From: an uncultured Actinomycetes bacterium
GTDB taxonomy: Bacteria; Actinomycetota; Acidimicrobiia; IMCC26256; DASPTH01
Reading direction: 5' to 3'
Length of the DNA stretch: 64,000 nucleotides
Assembly: GCA_963782705.1 (NCBI GenBank)
Contig: CAWAKX010000015.1
Span: 10,342 to 74,341, forward strand
In this document: piece after piece, positions 41,680-54,036 of the stretch
Layout of the letters: each line of letters starts with the position of its first letter
How positions within the stretch are numbered: position 1 is the stretch's first letter
The notes under the pieces: model-generated
What the model was told of the DNA's origin: nothing
Database searches by the model: none
The model's input: only the letters and a program-made list of their open reading frames with translations
Made by a program: the position numbers and the translations under genes

Positions 41680-42883
41680 ATGACCATGACCGGCACCGAC
41701 GTCTACTGGGACATGTACGACCGCGACATCTACGCGTCGCCGTACGAGACGTTCCGCAGGCTCCGCAACGAGGCGCCCGTCTACTACAACGAGAAGTACG
41801 ACTTCTACACGCTCAGCAAGCACGACGACCTCTTCCGCGTGCTGTCCGACCGCGAGACGTTCATCTCCGGCAAGGGTGGCGTCTACAACATCATCACGCA
41901 GGGCGTGCAGATGCCCCCGGGGCTCTTCATCTTCGAGGACCCGCCCATGCACACGATGCACCGCAGCATCGTGTCGCGCCTCTTCACGCCACGCGCGGTG
42001 GCCGGCCTCGAGGCCCAGATCCGCGACCTGTGCGTGGAGCTCGTCGACGGCCTCGTCGGGCGCGACTCGTTCGACTTCATGCGCGACTTCGCGTTGCAGC
42101 TGCCCGTCCAGGTCATCGGCATGCTCGTCGGCGTGCCGAAGAAGGACCAGGCCGAACTGGTCGCGGTGTTCCAGAAGAGCATGCACGAGGGTTCGGCGGA
42201 TCCGGAGCAGACCATCACCGAGGGCATCATGGCCGCGGCCGCGTGGTTCAACGAGTATCTCGACTGGCGGGAGCAGCATCCCTCCGACGACGTCATGACC
42301 CAGCTCTCGAAGTACGAGTTCGAGGACTTCGAGACCGGCGAGAAGCGCACGCTGCGCCGTGACGAGATCGTCACCTACCTCACGCTCATCACCTCCGCGG
42401 GGAGCGACACCACCGCCACCGCGATCTCGGCGGCGGGCAGCCTGCTCGGCCAGCACCCCGACCAGCGGGCGGAGCTCGTCGCCAACCCGGGAATGATCCA
42501 GCAGGCCTTCGAAGAGGTGCTCCGCTGCGATCCGCCGACGTACCACTTCTGCCGGTGGTCCACCGCAGGACTCCGAGTTCCACGGGCAGACCATCCCGGC
42601 CGAGAGCATCGTCGTGGTGATCCCGCCGGCCGCGAACCGTGACGAGGCCTACTGGGACGACTCCGACCGCTTCGACATCCACCGCACGCCGTACCAGCAC
42701 TTCAGCTTCGGCTTCGGGCCCCACTTCTGCCTGGGCGCGAACCTCGCCCGCGTGGAGGGCCGCATCGCGCTGGAGACGCTCCTCGCCCGGATCCCGGAGT
42801 GGACCTGCGACTTCGACCAGGCCGAGCTCACCGGTGGGGTCGACACGCGCGGCTGGTCGAAGCTGCCGGTGAGCATCCCGTAG
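41680..42883 (+). CDS. Cytochrome P450 (frameshift ~42570)
   Basis: AGSDTT, EEVLR, FGFGPHFCLG. Confidence 0.93.
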
Positions 42884-42911
42884 GTCCGGGAGCGGTTCAG
42901 TCGGGCGCGGT

Positions 42912-43391
42912 TCAGCCCGGCGAGTCGACCATGTCGCGTCGGTAGAAGCGCGAGCGGCGGATGCGCCAGCCGTCCGGCGTGCGCACGTAGTCGTCGTCGT
43001 ACCAGCCGTAGCCGCGCAGCCACGCGGTCCCGCCGTCGGCCGTCGGGTACTCGCAGTAGTTCGTGAGACCCCAGTGGCCGGTCGCGGCGTCGGCGCCCAC
43101 GAACGCGATCTCGGGCATGTGCCCGTGGTGGATGGTGGTCACGTGGCGCATCGCCGCGCTCACCGACGCGACCAGCAGGTCGCGGCCGACGAGCGCGCCG
43201 CCGTCGGCGGTCGGCGTGGCGCCCGGCGGCACGTTCTGCACCGACGGGTCCACGTAGACGAACTCGAGGTCGTCGGTGAACACCTCGGTCCAGGCGTCCC
43301 ACTGCTTCGCGTCGAGCAGGCGGAAGTAGCGCGCCTTCAGCTGCTTGATCTCCTCGAGGTCGAGGAATCGCCGTGCGAGGTCGTCACCCAT
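42912..43391 (-). CDS. NTF2/SnoaL_4 (BaiE-like) protein
   Basis: EIKQLKARYFRLLD, TIHHGHMPEI, GYGWYDDDY. Confidence 0.88.
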   Translation of the reverse strand: MGDDLARRFLDLEEIKQLKARYFRLLDAKQWDAWTEVFTDDLEFVYVDPSVQNVPPGATPTADGGALVGRDLLVASVSAAMRHVTTIHHGHMPEIAFVGADAATGHWGLTNYCEYPTADGGTAWLRGYGWYDDDYVRTPDGWRIRRSRFYRRDMVDSPG

Positions 43392-43404
43392 AGCCTGCTC
43401 CCTG

Positions 43405-44633
43405 ATGTCCGGTGGACCCGATGCCGAGGGGTTGCAGCGCTACCGCCTCGAGGCCCGCGCGTGGATCGCCGAGCACCTCGTCGCGTTCGACGGCGACGAT
43501 CCCGACCTGGTGGCCGAGCGCACCGAGGAGCATCTCACCCATGCACGCCACGTGCAGCAGACTCCTGCACGGCGCCGGGTACGCGGGGTTCACCTTCCCC
43601 GTGGAGTACGGCGGTCAGGGGCTCACGGCCGACGCACGAGCGGATCTTCCGGGAGGAGGCCGCGGGCCACTACGTGCCCGAGCGGGCCTTCGGCGTCTCG
43701 ATCAACGTGCTCGGCGCCACGCTCGTCGCGTTCGGGACCGAGGCGCAGAAGACCGAGCACGTCCCGCGGATCCTGGGCGGCGACGAGCTGTGGCTCCAGC
43801 TCCTCTCCGAACCCGGCGGCGGCTCCGACCCCGCGGGGCTGCTCATGTCGGCCCGGCGCGACGGCGACCACTACGTGCTCAACGGCCAGAAGACGTGGAG
43901 CAGCGGCGCGAACCTCGCCGACTTCGCGCTCTGCCCGGTGCGCACGGCGTGGGACGTGCCCAAGCACCGCGGGATCTCGGTGCTCATCGTCGACCTGCGC
44001 GCGCCGGGGATCGAGATCCGGCCGATCCGGCAGATGAACGGCGAGGCCCACTTCTGCGAGGAGTTCTTCACCGACGTCGCGGTCCCGGTGACCAACCTCG
44101 TGGGCGCGGAGCACGACGGTTGGCAGGTGGTGCGCGGACTGCTCGGCATCGAGCACGCGTGGGTCGGGCGCGGCGGGCCGAAGCGCCAGGACTCCTTCGA
44201 CGACATGGCCGAGCTCGCGCGGCTGGTCGCGGCGCGGGGGATCGCCGTCGACCCGCGCGTCCGTGACGAGATCGCCGCGGTGTACGTGGCCACCGAGGTG
44301 CAGCGGCTCCTGGTGGCGCGCGTCGCCGCGGAGCGTGCCGCGGGACGTTCCAACACCCCGTTGGGGGGCCTGCTCAAGATGGGGCGCGACCGGCTGATCC
44401 AGCGGGTGGCCAACACCGCGCTGGGGCTGGCGGGCCCGGGGGGCACCGCCTGGGACGCGGCCCAGCCGGGCGGCGACGAGTGGGCGCGGCATTCGCTCAC
44501 CAGCCGGAGCGCGTCGATCTCCGGTGGCACCGCCGAGATCCAGCGCAACAATGTGGGGGAGCGGGTGCTGGGGCTGCCGCGCGAGCCCAGCGTCGACCGC
44601 GACGTCCCGTTCTCGGACGTGGCCCACAACTGA
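43405..44633 (+). CDS. Acyl-CoA dehydrogenase (frameshifts at 5' end)
   Basis: QLLSEPGGGSD, NGQKTWSSGA, FCEEFFTD, ISGGTAEIQRN..GERVLGLPREP. Confidence 0.92.
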
Positions 44634-44711
44634 GTTCCCGCCCGGTGACCGGCGCGGCGGACCGGCCACACCATGTGACAGTCACCGCCCCGACGCGCTA
44701 AGGAGTGCACC

Positions 44712-45404
44712 GTGAAACCACTGAGACTGCGAACCAGCGACTGGAGCGACTGGCACGAGGAGTACGACGACCCCGACTCGGAGATCGCCGGCCGGGCGCG
44801 AGGTGTGCAACGCCTCGTCGCCGACGTGCTCGCCGACTGCCCGCCGGGGCCGATCACCGTCGTCAGCGTGTGCGGGGGTCAGGGCCGGGAGCTCATCGGC
44901 GCCCTCGCCGGGCACCCCCGGGGTGCCGACGTGTCGGGGCGGCTCGTGGAGCTCGATCCCGACAACGCCGCCTACGCCCGCCGCTCGGCGGACGCGGCCG
45001 GGGTCACCGGCCTCGAGATCTTCAACGGCGACGCGTCGGTGACGAGCGCCTACGAAGGGCTGGCGCCCGTCGACCTCGTCGTGGCGTCGGGGTTCTTCGG
45101 CCACGTCGACGACGAGGACCAGCAGCGCGTGATCCGCTACTTCCGTCACCTGCTGCGCCCCGACGGCGCCGTGGTGTGGACCTTCTTCGCCCGGGCCCGC
45201 CGTCGGACCGAGGTGGTCCGGAACTCCTTCACGACCGCAGGGTTCGAGGAGGTGAGTTACGAGGTGCTGCCCGGCGAGGAGTACCAGTTCTCCGTGGTGC
45301 TGAGCCGGCTCCGGGCCGAGCCCCTCCCCGCCCCCGACGACGACCGGATCTTCACCTTCGGATCGTCGCACCCGAAGCCGGAGGCGACCGAGGCCGAGGC
45401 GTGA
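44712..45404 (+). CDS. Class I SAM-dependent methyltransferase
   Basis: VSVCGGQGRE, LVELDP, GDAS, DLVVASGFFG. Confidence 0.75.
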   Translation: MKPLRLRTSDWSDWHEEYDDPDSEIAGRARGVQRLVADVLADCPPGPITVVSVCGGQGRELIGALAGHPRGADVSGRLVELDPDNAAYARRSADAAGVTGLEIFNGDASVTSAYEGLAPVDLVVASGFFGHVDDEDQQRVIRYFRHLLRPDGAVVWTFFARARRRTEVVRNSFTTAGFEEVSYEVLPGEEYQFSVVLSRLRAEPLPAPDDDRIFTFGSSHPKPEATEAEA

Positions 45405-46243
45405 TCGTCGACGCCCAGGTGCACGCCTACGCGGCGAACACCGCGGACCGGCCGTGGTGCATCGACGTCGAACGCATCGAGCCCCGGGAGATGACCGGCG
45501 AGCAGATGGTCGCGGCCATGGACGACGCGGGCGTCGACCGGGCGATCCTGGTGTCGGCGTGGACCCAGTACGCCACCGACACGTCGTACGCCGAGTCGGT
45601 GTACGAGCAGTTTCCCGATCGGTTCCGGCTCGTCGCGCCGATCGACCCGCGCGACGACGACATCGTCGAGCAGATCCGGCACTGGGCGAAGGAGCCGGGC
45701 GCGGTCGGGCTGCGCGTGTTCTTCATGCCCCGCACGAACTGGGGCGCCGACCATCCCGGAGTCCGGGCCGCGCTGCGCACCGCGGCCGAGGTGGGGCTCG
45801 TCGTGAACCTGTTCTGCTGGGGGCGCCTGGCGGTGGCCGACGAGCTGGCGGCCGCGTTTCCCGACACGCAGCTGGTGCTCGACCACTTCGGGTTGGAACA
45901 GCACGACGTCCCCCCGTCGCCGCCCGACGCCCTCGACGAACTCGACCAGGTGCTCGCGCTGGCCCGCCACCCCAACCTGGCGCTCAAGCTCACCGGCGTG
46001 TGCACCTACTCCCAGCAGGGCTTCCCGTTCGCGGACCTGTGGGAGCCGGTCGCGCGCGCGGTCGACGCCTACGGGATCGACCGGTGCCTGTGGGGCACCG
46101 ACTGGCAGCGGTCCACGCGTTCGTACGCCTACCGCGACGCCGTGGTCGCGTTCCGCGACCGGTGGCCGTTGTCCGACGGTGACCGCGCCGCGCTGCTCGG
46201 GGAGAACACGCTGCGGTGCTACCGCTGGGAGGAGCGCGGATGA
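45401..46243 (+). CDS. Amidohydrolase family (lactonase-like)
   Basis: IVDAQVH, VLDHFG, LKLTG, LWGTDW. Confidence 0.85.
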   Translation: MIVDAQVHAYAANTADRPWCIDVERIEPREMTGEQMVAAMDDAGVDRAILVSAWTQYATDTSYAESVYEQFPDRFRLVAPIDPRDDDIVEQIRHWAKEPGAVGLRVFFMPRTNWGADHPGVRAALRTAAEVGLVVNLFCWGRLAVADELAAAFPDTQLVLDHFGLEQHDVPPSPPDALDELDQVLALARHPNLALKLTGVCTYSQQGFPFADLWEPVARAVDAYGIDRCLWGTDWQRSTRSYAYRDAVVAFRDRWPLSDGDRAALLGENTLRCYRWEERG

Positions 46244-47091
46244 CGACGATGGAGTTCGCGATCGCGCTGCCCCAGGGCGGACGGGCGGCGGGGCGCGACC
46301 CCATCCGCGAGACCGCGGCCCTCGTCGAGGAGCTCGGCTACTCGCACCTCTGGGTGAACGACCACGTCACGTCGCCCAAGGGCCAGGAGAGCCACATCTC
46401 GCCGTTCATGTTCGACCCGATGATGACCGCGGCCACGGCCGCCGCGATCACGAGCAGCATCGGGGTGGGGATCCAGCTCACCATCCCGTACTACGAGCCG
46501 TTGTGGCTGGCCAACGCGTTGGCGTCGCTCGACCAGCTGTCGGGCGGTCGGGTCCTGGTGTCGGCCGGGGTCGGCTGGTCACCGGAGGAGTTCGCGGCCC
46601 TCTCCAGCGACTTCTCCACCCGAGGCGTGCGCGCCGACGAGATCATCGGCATCCTGCGCACCGCGTGGACCGGCGACTACGTGCAGATCGACACCGCGCA
46701 CTACCGGTCGCCGTTGGTGAAGATCGCGCCGAAGCCCGCGCACCCGATCCCGATCTGGGTGTCGGGAACCAGCGAGCGCGCCTACCGCCGCGCGGTCGAA
46801 CTGGGCGACGGGTTCCACGCGCACGCGGTGCAGGACATCACCGCCGAGAACGCGGCGGCGAAGGTGGCCCGCATCCGGCGCGACCGTCCCGACGAGTCGT
46901 TCACCGTCTCCGTGTACACGTGGGAGTGGGACCTCAGCCGGCGCAGCGAGGCCGAGATCCTCGCCGAGCGCGACGCGTTCGCGGCCGCCGGCGTGCAGCA
47001 CGTCGTGATCGCGCTCGGCGATCCCGACCGTGAGTCGCGGACCACCAACATCCGGCGCCTCGCCGAGCTCCTCGAGGTTCCCGCGCGCTGA
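46240..47091 (+). CDS. LLM-class F420-dependent oxidoreductase (TIGR03619-like)
   Basis: [27 protein letters not shown]. Confidence 0.88.
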   Translation: MTTMEFAIALPQGGRAAGRDPIRETAALVEELGYSHLWVNDHVTSPKGQESHISPFMFDPMMTAATAAAITSSIGVGIQLTIPYYEPLWLANALASLDQLSGGRVLVSAGVGWSPEEFAALSSDFSTRGVRADEIIGILRTAWTGDYVQIDTAHYRSPLVKIAPKPAHPIPIWVSGTSERAYRRAVELGDGFHAHAVQDITAENAAAKVARIRRDRPDESFTVSVYTWEWDLSRRSEAEILAERDAFAAAGVQHVVIALGDPDRESRTTNIRRLAELLEVPAR

Positions 47092-47615
47092 TGGAATCGC
47101 TCATCCTCCTCGACATCGACGGCGTCATCAACGTGTCCGACGTCTGCCCCGCCGAGGGCTGGACCGGGCACCTCCTGCTCGAAGCCGGCCGGGGCGCCTA
47201 CGTGGAGGTGCGCGACGACCTCCCCGAGCTGCTCGGTCGGCTCGAGGACGCCGGCGAGCTGGTGTGGGCCACCGGCTGGGAGGACACGGCCGGGCTGCTG
47301 CTCTCGAAGCTGGTGCCGTGGCTCGACACCCTGGAGCACCTCACCTTCGAGCACCAGGGGAAGAACGTGTTCAAGCTCCCCGCGATCCGCGAGTACGTGG
47401 GCGACCGGCCCACGGTGTGGATCGACGACCTGATCCCCGACGACGCGTGGGCCTGGGCCGAGACCCGCGGCGCGCCCACGCTGCTCGTGCACATCGACCC
47501 GCAGGTCGGCCTCTCGCCCGACGACGTGACCATGATCGAGGAATGGACCCGCAGCGTCGCTGCGGCGTCCGGCCCGGACAACGCAGACGACGCAGACGAT
47601 GGGAGTGCGACATGA
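47091..47615 (+). CDS. HAD-superfamily domain protein
   Basis: [25 protein letters not shown]. Confidence 0.82.
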   Translation: MESLILLDIDGVINVSDVCPAEGWTGHLLLEAGRGAYVEVRDDLPELLGRLEDAGELVWATGWEDTAGLLLSKLVPWLDTLEHLTFEHQGKNVFKLPAIREYVGDRPTVWIDDLIPDDAWAWAETRGAPTLLVHIDPQVGLSPDDVTMIEEWTRSVAAASGPDNADDADDGSAT

Positions 47616-49992
47616 GGCTGGTCGGAGCACGGGTGCACCGGGTCGAGGACCCGCGCATCCTCACGGGACGCGGCCGCTACGTCGACGACGTGAGCCTGCC
47701 CGGCATGCTGCACGCCACGTTCGTGCGCAGTCCGATCGCGCACGCGCGCATCACGGGCATCGACACCAGCGCGGCGCGTGCGTTGCCCGGCGTCGCCACG
47801 GTGGTGACCGGCGGCCGACTTCGAGTCGGTGTGCGCGCCCATCGAGATCCAGGGCGCCAAGTTCTTCGGGATGCGCGCGCCCACGTTCCCGGTGCTCACC
47901 GGCGACAAGGTGCGCTACGTGGGCGACATCGTCGCGATGGTCGTCGCCGAGAGCCGCTACCTCGCGGAGGATGCCGCGGAGCTGGTCGAGGTGTCGTACG
48001 ACCCGCTCCCGCCCGTCGTCGACTACGCGACCGCGCTCGACCCCGACTCGCCGCCGGTGTTCGACGAGTTGGAGTCGAACGTGATCGCGTCGACGTCGCA
48101 CTCCTTCGGCGACGTCGACGGCGCGTTCGCGGCCGCCGACCGCGTGCTCGACGTGACCCTCGTGCAGCACCGGGTGGCCAACGTCCCCATGGAGACGCGC
48201 GGCGCGATCGCCGACTTCGACCCCGGCCGGGGCGAGCTCACCTACCGCTCGGCCACCCAGACGCCGCACGGCGTGCGGATGCAGCTCGCCACCGTGCTCG
48301 GCCTTCCCGTGAGCTCGGTGCGCGTGCTCGCCGGCGACATCGGGGGCGCGTTCGGGCTCAAGGGCGGCATGTTCCGGGAGGACTACTGCCTCGCGGCGGT
48401 GAGCCGGATGCTCGGGCGGCCGGTGAAGTGGATCGAGGACCGCCAGGAGCACCTCACCGCGTCGGGCCACGCGCGCGAGGAGACGGTCGACGCCCAGGTC
48501 GCGATCCGCGACGACGGCACGCTGCTCGGCCTCAAGGTGGCAGATGATCATGGACACCGGGGCCTACCCGTGGGTGCCGTACCCCGCGCCGCTGTTCGCG
48601 TCGATCGCCCGCCGCGTCCTGCCCGGTCCGTACCGGCTCCAGGGGTACTCGTTCGACTTCACCGGCGTGAGCACGAACAAGGCCACCTACGTCGCCTACC
48701 GGGGCCCGTGGGAGATCGAGACGTGGGTGCGCGAGCGCATCCTCGACGTCGTCGCCCACGAGCTGGGTCTCGACCCCGCCGACGTGCGGCGCCTCAACAT
48801 GGTCGACGGCGAGGCCGGCGACCGCATGATCACCGGGCTCGGCCTCGAGGGCGTGTCGTCGCGCGAGTCGCTCGACCGGGCCCTCGACCTCATCGGCTAC
48901 GAGGAGCTCCGACGCGAACAGGCCGCGGCGCGCGCAGAGGGGCGGTGCATCGGCATCGGCTTCGCGACGTTCATCGAGGGTGCGCCCGGTCCGCCGGAGA
49001 TGCGTGCGAACGGCGGCGGCACCGGTGGGGAGACCGCACGCGTCCGGCTCGAGCCCGACGGCCACATCACGGTGATCACGTCGCAGTCACCGCACGGGCA
49101 GAGCCACGAGACCACACTGGCCCAGCTCGCGGCCGACGAGATGGGCGTGCCGTTCGAGCACGTGCGCGTGGTGCACGGCGACACCGACGTCACGCCGTAC
49201 AGCCCGATCGGCACCGGCGGGAGCAAGGCCGGCACCTGGGCGAGCGGCGCGGTCATCGTCACCACCCGTCGGCTCCGGGAGAAGGTGCTCGAGGTCGCGG
49301 CGTCGATGCTCGAGATCGCGATCGACGACCTCGAGATCACCGACGGCGCGGTCGTGCCCAAGGGCGTGCCGGAGAAGTCGCTCCCGCTCGCGCAGATCGC
49401 GATGCGGGCGCTCACCGCACCGATGACCCTTGCCCCCGGCACCGAGCGGGAGCTCGTGGCGCAGGAGACCTTCACCGGCGAGGGCATCACCGGCAGTGGC
49501 TGGTCGGGTGGCACTCACGCGTGCGCGATCGAGATCGACCTCGGGACCGGCAAGGTGTCCTTCCTGCGTTACGTGGTGGTGGAGGACTGCGGTCGGGTGG
49601 TGAACCCCGACGTGGTGGAGGGGCAGGTGCGGGGCGGGATCGCGCAGGGCATCGGCGAGGTGCTCTACGAGCACGCGGCCTACGACGAGGCCGGCAACCC
49701 GATCGCCAGCACCTTCCTCGACTACCTGGTGCCCACCGCGATGGAGATCCCCACCATCGAGATCGAGCACCTCGAGTCCGATCCCGACGGGGAGTTCGGC
49801 TTCCGCGGCGTCGGCGAGGGCGGCGCGATCGTGGCGCCCGCGACGCTCACGAACGCCATCGAGGACGCCCTGCTCCCGTTCGGGGGCCAGGTGCGTGAGA
49901 TGTACCTCCCGCCGGCCCGCGTGCTGGAGCTGGCGGGCCTGATCACCCGACCGGGCGCGCCGCGCCCGGGCGTCGAGACCGAGGAGGACTGA
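47612..49992 (+). CDS. Xanthine dehydrogenase/CoxL-like molybdopterin-binding large subunit (frameshifts)
   Basis: [56 protein letters not shown]. Confidence 0.92.
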
Positions 49993-49993
49993 C

Positions 49994-51087
49994 ATGCGCG
50001 CCGCCATCACCGTGCCCGGCACCACCGACCTGCTCGTGGTCGACGATCTCGAGATCGCCGACCCGGGCCCCGGCCAGGTGCGCGTGCGCGTGCACCACTG
50101 CAGTGTCTGCCACTCCGACTACAGCGGCCTACACGCGGAGCTCCCGGTCGCCACCGTCCTCGGCCACGAGGCCGCGGGCGTCGTCGACGCCGTCGGTGAG
50201 GGCGTCACCACCGTGGCGCCCGGCGACCGCGTGCTCCTGAGCGCGGCGGCGGCGTGTGGCAACTGCTGCGTTCTGCCTCCGCAACCAGCCGAGCGCTGTG
50301 TCTCAACAACAAGGACGAGTTCGCGGGCTCGTTCGCCGACGGGACCACCGGGTTCTCCCGCCACGGCGAGAAGGTCCGGCGGGGGATGGGGATCGGTGGC
50401 TTCGCCGAGTACACGCTGGCGCGCGAGCAGGGTGTGGTGCGGGTCGACGACGACATCCCCCTCGACGTCGCGTGCGTCGTCGGGTGTGCGGTGCTCACCG
50501 GGACCGGCGCGGTGCTCAACACCGCTCGGGTCGAGGCCGGGTCGTCGGTGCTGGTGCTCGGACTCGGCGGCGTCGGGCTCTGCGCGGTGCAGGGTGCGCG
50601 GGCTGCGGGCGCGGCGCGGATCATCGGCGTCGACCTCCTGCCCGGCCGGCGCGAGACCGCGCTGGCGATGGGCGCCACCCACGTGATCGATCCCGCCGAG
50701 GACGACGTGGCGAAGGCCACGCGCGCGCTCACCGGGTACGGCGCCGACTACGCGTTCGAGACCGCGGGCGTCGCCAAGTTGGGTGAGACGGCCATCGCCG
50801 CGGCCCGCCCGGGGGGCACGATCGTGCTCGTGGGCGCGCCGCCGGTGCAGGACACGATCAGCATCAGCCCGTTGCGGTTCCTGCTCGCCGAGAAGCGTCT
50901 GCTCGGCTGCACGCTCGGCAGCTCGAACGCGCGGCGGGACATTCCCCGCTTCCTCGACATGTGGCGGGCCGGTCAGCTCGACCTCGAGGCGCTGGTGACC
51001 GCGCGCCGGCCCCTCGACGAGATCGGCGACGCGTTCGCGGACCTCGAGGCCGGCGTCGGCGTCCGCACCGCGCTCAGCCTGGTCTGA
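49994..51087 (+). CDS. Zn-dependent alcohol dehydrogenase (frameshift)
   Basis: CHSD, GHEAAG, CGNC, GCAVLTG, GLGGVG. Confidence 0.92.
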
Positions 51088-52325
51088 CGAGGGCGGGCCA
51101 ACGGTCAGCGTCGGCGTTCGCGAAGCCGGGGAGCTCGGGCTCGAGGCCCAGCATCTCGATCACGTTGCCGCGCGCGATCTTGTACTGGTCCTCCTCGGAG
51201 AGGTCGGCCACCGCCTGCTGCAGGTACTCGTAGGTGTGGGGCCAGGTGGAGTCCTGGTGCGGGTAGTCGCACTCGAACGTGATCTGGTCGATGCCGACCG
51301 CGTCGCGGTTGCGCAGGCCGTAGTCGTCCTCGAAGAAGCACCCGTAGACCCGGCCGGCCATGTAGTGGCTCGGCGGTTCGGTGAGCACGGCGGGGATCCG
51401 GGCGATCTTGTTGCCCATCCGGTAGATGCGGTCCATCCGCTCGAGCGCGTAGGGCATCCAGCCGATCTGGCTCTCCGAGAACGCGAGCTTGAGGCCGGGG
51501 TAGCGCGCGCAGCAGGCCGGAGAACATCCAGTCGCTGAACGAGAGCTGCGCGTTGAAGTTCACGGTCACCATCGAGACGCAGCCGGGCGCGTCGTCGGAG
51601 GTGCGCGGCACCTGTGACGACGACCCGATGTGGATGTTGATCACCGTGCCCGTCTCCGCGCAGGCCTCGATGAACGGCAGCCAGTAGCCGTCCTTGTCGT
51701 GGATGCTCGGCAGGCCGATGTTGGCCGGCAGCTCGGTGAACGTGACCGCCCGCACGCCCCGCGCCGCGTTGCGCCGGATCTCGTCGGCCGCGAGTTGCGC
51801 GTCCCACAGCGGCACGACGCACAGCGGGATGAGGCGTCCGCCGCTCTCCCCGGCCCACTCGTCGACCATGAAGTCGTTGTAGGCCTGCACGCACGCGAGC
51901 GCGAGCTCCTTGTCGTCCATGAAGAGGAACATCTGGCCCGCGAAGCGCACGACGTTGGGGAAGCAGAGCGACCGCTCGATGCACGCCTCGTCCATGGCGA
52001 GGAGGCGCTCCTTCACCTGGTAGGTGGAGGCGGGCATCTCCTCGTAGGTCATCGCCTTGTGGTCGACCAGCTCCGGGTCCATGCCCGCGCCGATCTCGAG
52101 CCGGGGGATGGCGAGGAACTTGTCGCCCTCCATCTGCCAGAAGTCGGTGGGCGCGCCGTCGCCGCCGGGGCGGATGTTGCCGCGCACGAAGTTGGGGCCG
52201 AACTCCCACGGCAGCCGCACCACGCGGGGCCCCAGCTCGCGGAACTTCGCGGGGAGGCGGGTCTCGAAGAGGTCGGGCGGCTCGATCACGTGGTCGTCCG
52301 CGGAGATGATCCAGGGCAAAGTCAT
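51074..52325 (-). CDS. Amidohydrolase (Amidohydro_2), frameshift
   Basis: ISADDHVIEPP, QAYNDF, HIGSSS, FECDYPHQDSTWP. Confidence 0.9.
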
Positions 52326-52410
52326 CGTGGCTCCCGCCGGGCTCGGGACTGCAGGTCCGAGGTAGTACGCCAAGCGTACCGTCTGTCGTGGCCGCCCGCC
52401 CCCGGGCCCA

Positions 52411-52875
52411 TCAGGCGTCGCCGTCCGACACCGGGTCGCGGCCTTCGGCCGCGGTGAGGCGCTCGAACACGTCGACCGCGGCGACCACCCGGGCGAGCTC
52501 GTCGTCGTCGAGCCCGGCCAGCTGGTCGGCGAGCCAGGCGTTGCGCCGCGAGCGGTACCGGGTGATCCCCGTGCGGCCCTCCTCGCTCAGCTGGACCCGG
52601 TGCACCCGGCGGTCGTCGGGATCGATGACCCGCTCGATCGCCCCGTCGGCCTCCAGGCGGCTGACGATCTTGGTGATCGTGGAGGGCGACACCTGCTCGG
52701 CCGCCGCGAGGTCGCCGAGGGTGATCGGCCCGCGGCGCACGATGGTCGCGAGCGCGGCCGCCGCCGCGGGGCTCGACCGGGCCGGCTCCTGCTGGCGGAG
52801 CACGCGCGCGAGTCGCGTCACCGACAGGCTGAGCCGCGCGACGAGCGCGGGGTCGGGTTCGGGGCGCGTGGTCAT
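52411..52875 (-). CDS. MarR family regulator
   Basis: LGDLAAAEQVSPSTITKIVSRLE, DPDDRR. Confidence 0.92.
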   Translation of the reverse strand: MTTRPEPDPALVARLSLSVTRLARVLRQQEPARSSPAAAAALATIVRRGPITLGDLAAAEQVSPSTITKIVSRLEADGAIERVIDPDDRRVHRVQLSEEGRTGITRYRSRRNAWLADQLAGLDDDELARVVAAVDVFERLTAAEGRDPVSDGDA

Positions 52876-52993
52876 CCGGGCAGTCTCGCGCCCGCCGCGC
52901 CGTCCGCCGTCCGCGCCCGCCGCCCCGACGGTCCATACTGCGCCCCGACGGACGTCGCCGGCCGTGGGTCCGGCGAGAACAGGGGGTCGCGCC

Positions 52994-53959
52994 GTGGCAT
53001 GGACACCGCCCAGCGCCGAGGTCGTGCTCGGCTACGTGGAGCAGCTGTCGAACTGGGGCCGGTGGGGCCCCGACGACCAGCGTGGCACCCTCAACCTCAT
53101 CACCGACGAGCACCGGGTCGCCGCCGCCCGCCTCGTCACCGACGGGCGCACGGTGTCGTGCGCGCGGGAGATCCGCGGGCGCTACGACGACCCCGAACGC
53201 ACCGCGCAGCTGTTCTGGCTGGCCACCGGGGAGGCCGCGTGCCACTCGCACGAGGGTCTGCCGCGGTCGCAGCGGGTGCGGGGCGACATGGCCAATGCGG
53301 CCGAGTACCTCGGGATGGTGTTCCACGGGCTCGAGACGACCCACGTCGACGCGCTGAGCCACGTCTTCTACCAGAGCCGCCTCTACAACGACCGCGCCGC
53401 GTTCCACACGAACGCGGAGTTCGGATCCACCTGGGGCGCGATCACGCAGCTGGCCGACGGCGTGGTCGGGCGCGGCGTGCTCCTCGACGTGCCGCGTGCG
53501 CAGGGGCTCGACCTGCTCCCGCGCGGGCACGGGGTCAGCCCCGACGAGCTCGCGGCCACCGCGGCCGCCCAGGGGGTCGAGGTGGGTCCGGGCGACGTCG
53601 TCCTGCTGCGGACCGGTCGGTGGCACGAACGCTCCGAGGTGAAGCACCTCGCGTCGTCGACCGAGGGCGCGCGCGGTTGGCATCCGGCCTGCCTGCCGTG
53701 GCTGCACGACCGCGACGTCGCGATGCTCGGCTGCGACTGGTCACAGGAGTCGGCCGACGGTTGGTACCGCGAGCTGCCCGCCCCGGTGCACGTGCTCGCG
53801 CTCGTGATGATGGGCATGCCGCTCATCGACAACTGCGACCTGGAAGCGCTCGCGACCACGTGCGCGGAGCTGGGCCGCTGGGAGTTCCAGTTCGTGCTCG
53901 CGCCACTGCGCGTCGACGGCGGTTCGGGTTCGCCGGTGAACCCGCTCGCCATCTTCTGA
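52994..53959 (+). CDS. Cyclase family (kynurenine formamidase-like) metal hydrolase
   Basis: NWGRWGPDDQRGTLN, THVDALSH, GRGVLLD, GSPVNPLA. Confidence 0.9.
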   Translation: MAWTPPSAEVVLGYVEQLSNWGRWGPDDQRGTLNLITDEHRVAAARLVTDGRTVSCAREIRGRYDDPERTAQLFWLATGEAACHSHEGLPRSQRVRGDMANAAEYLGMVFHGLETTHVDALSHVFYQSRLYNDRAAFHTNAEFGSTWGAITQLADGVVGRGVLLDVPRAQGLDLLPRGHGVSPDELAATAAAQGVEVGPGDVVLLRTGRWHERSEVKHLASSTEGARGWHPACLPWLHDRDVAMLGCDWSQESADGWYRELPAPVHVLALVMMGMPLIDNCDLEALATTCAELGRWEFQFVLAPLRVDGGSGSPVNPLAIF

Positions 53960-54036
53960 AGGTCCGAGCCGCGACCGACTGCGGCCTCCTCGCGCCGGTG
54001 CCAGACTTCGCGCCATGAGCGACGCAGCGCGACGTC

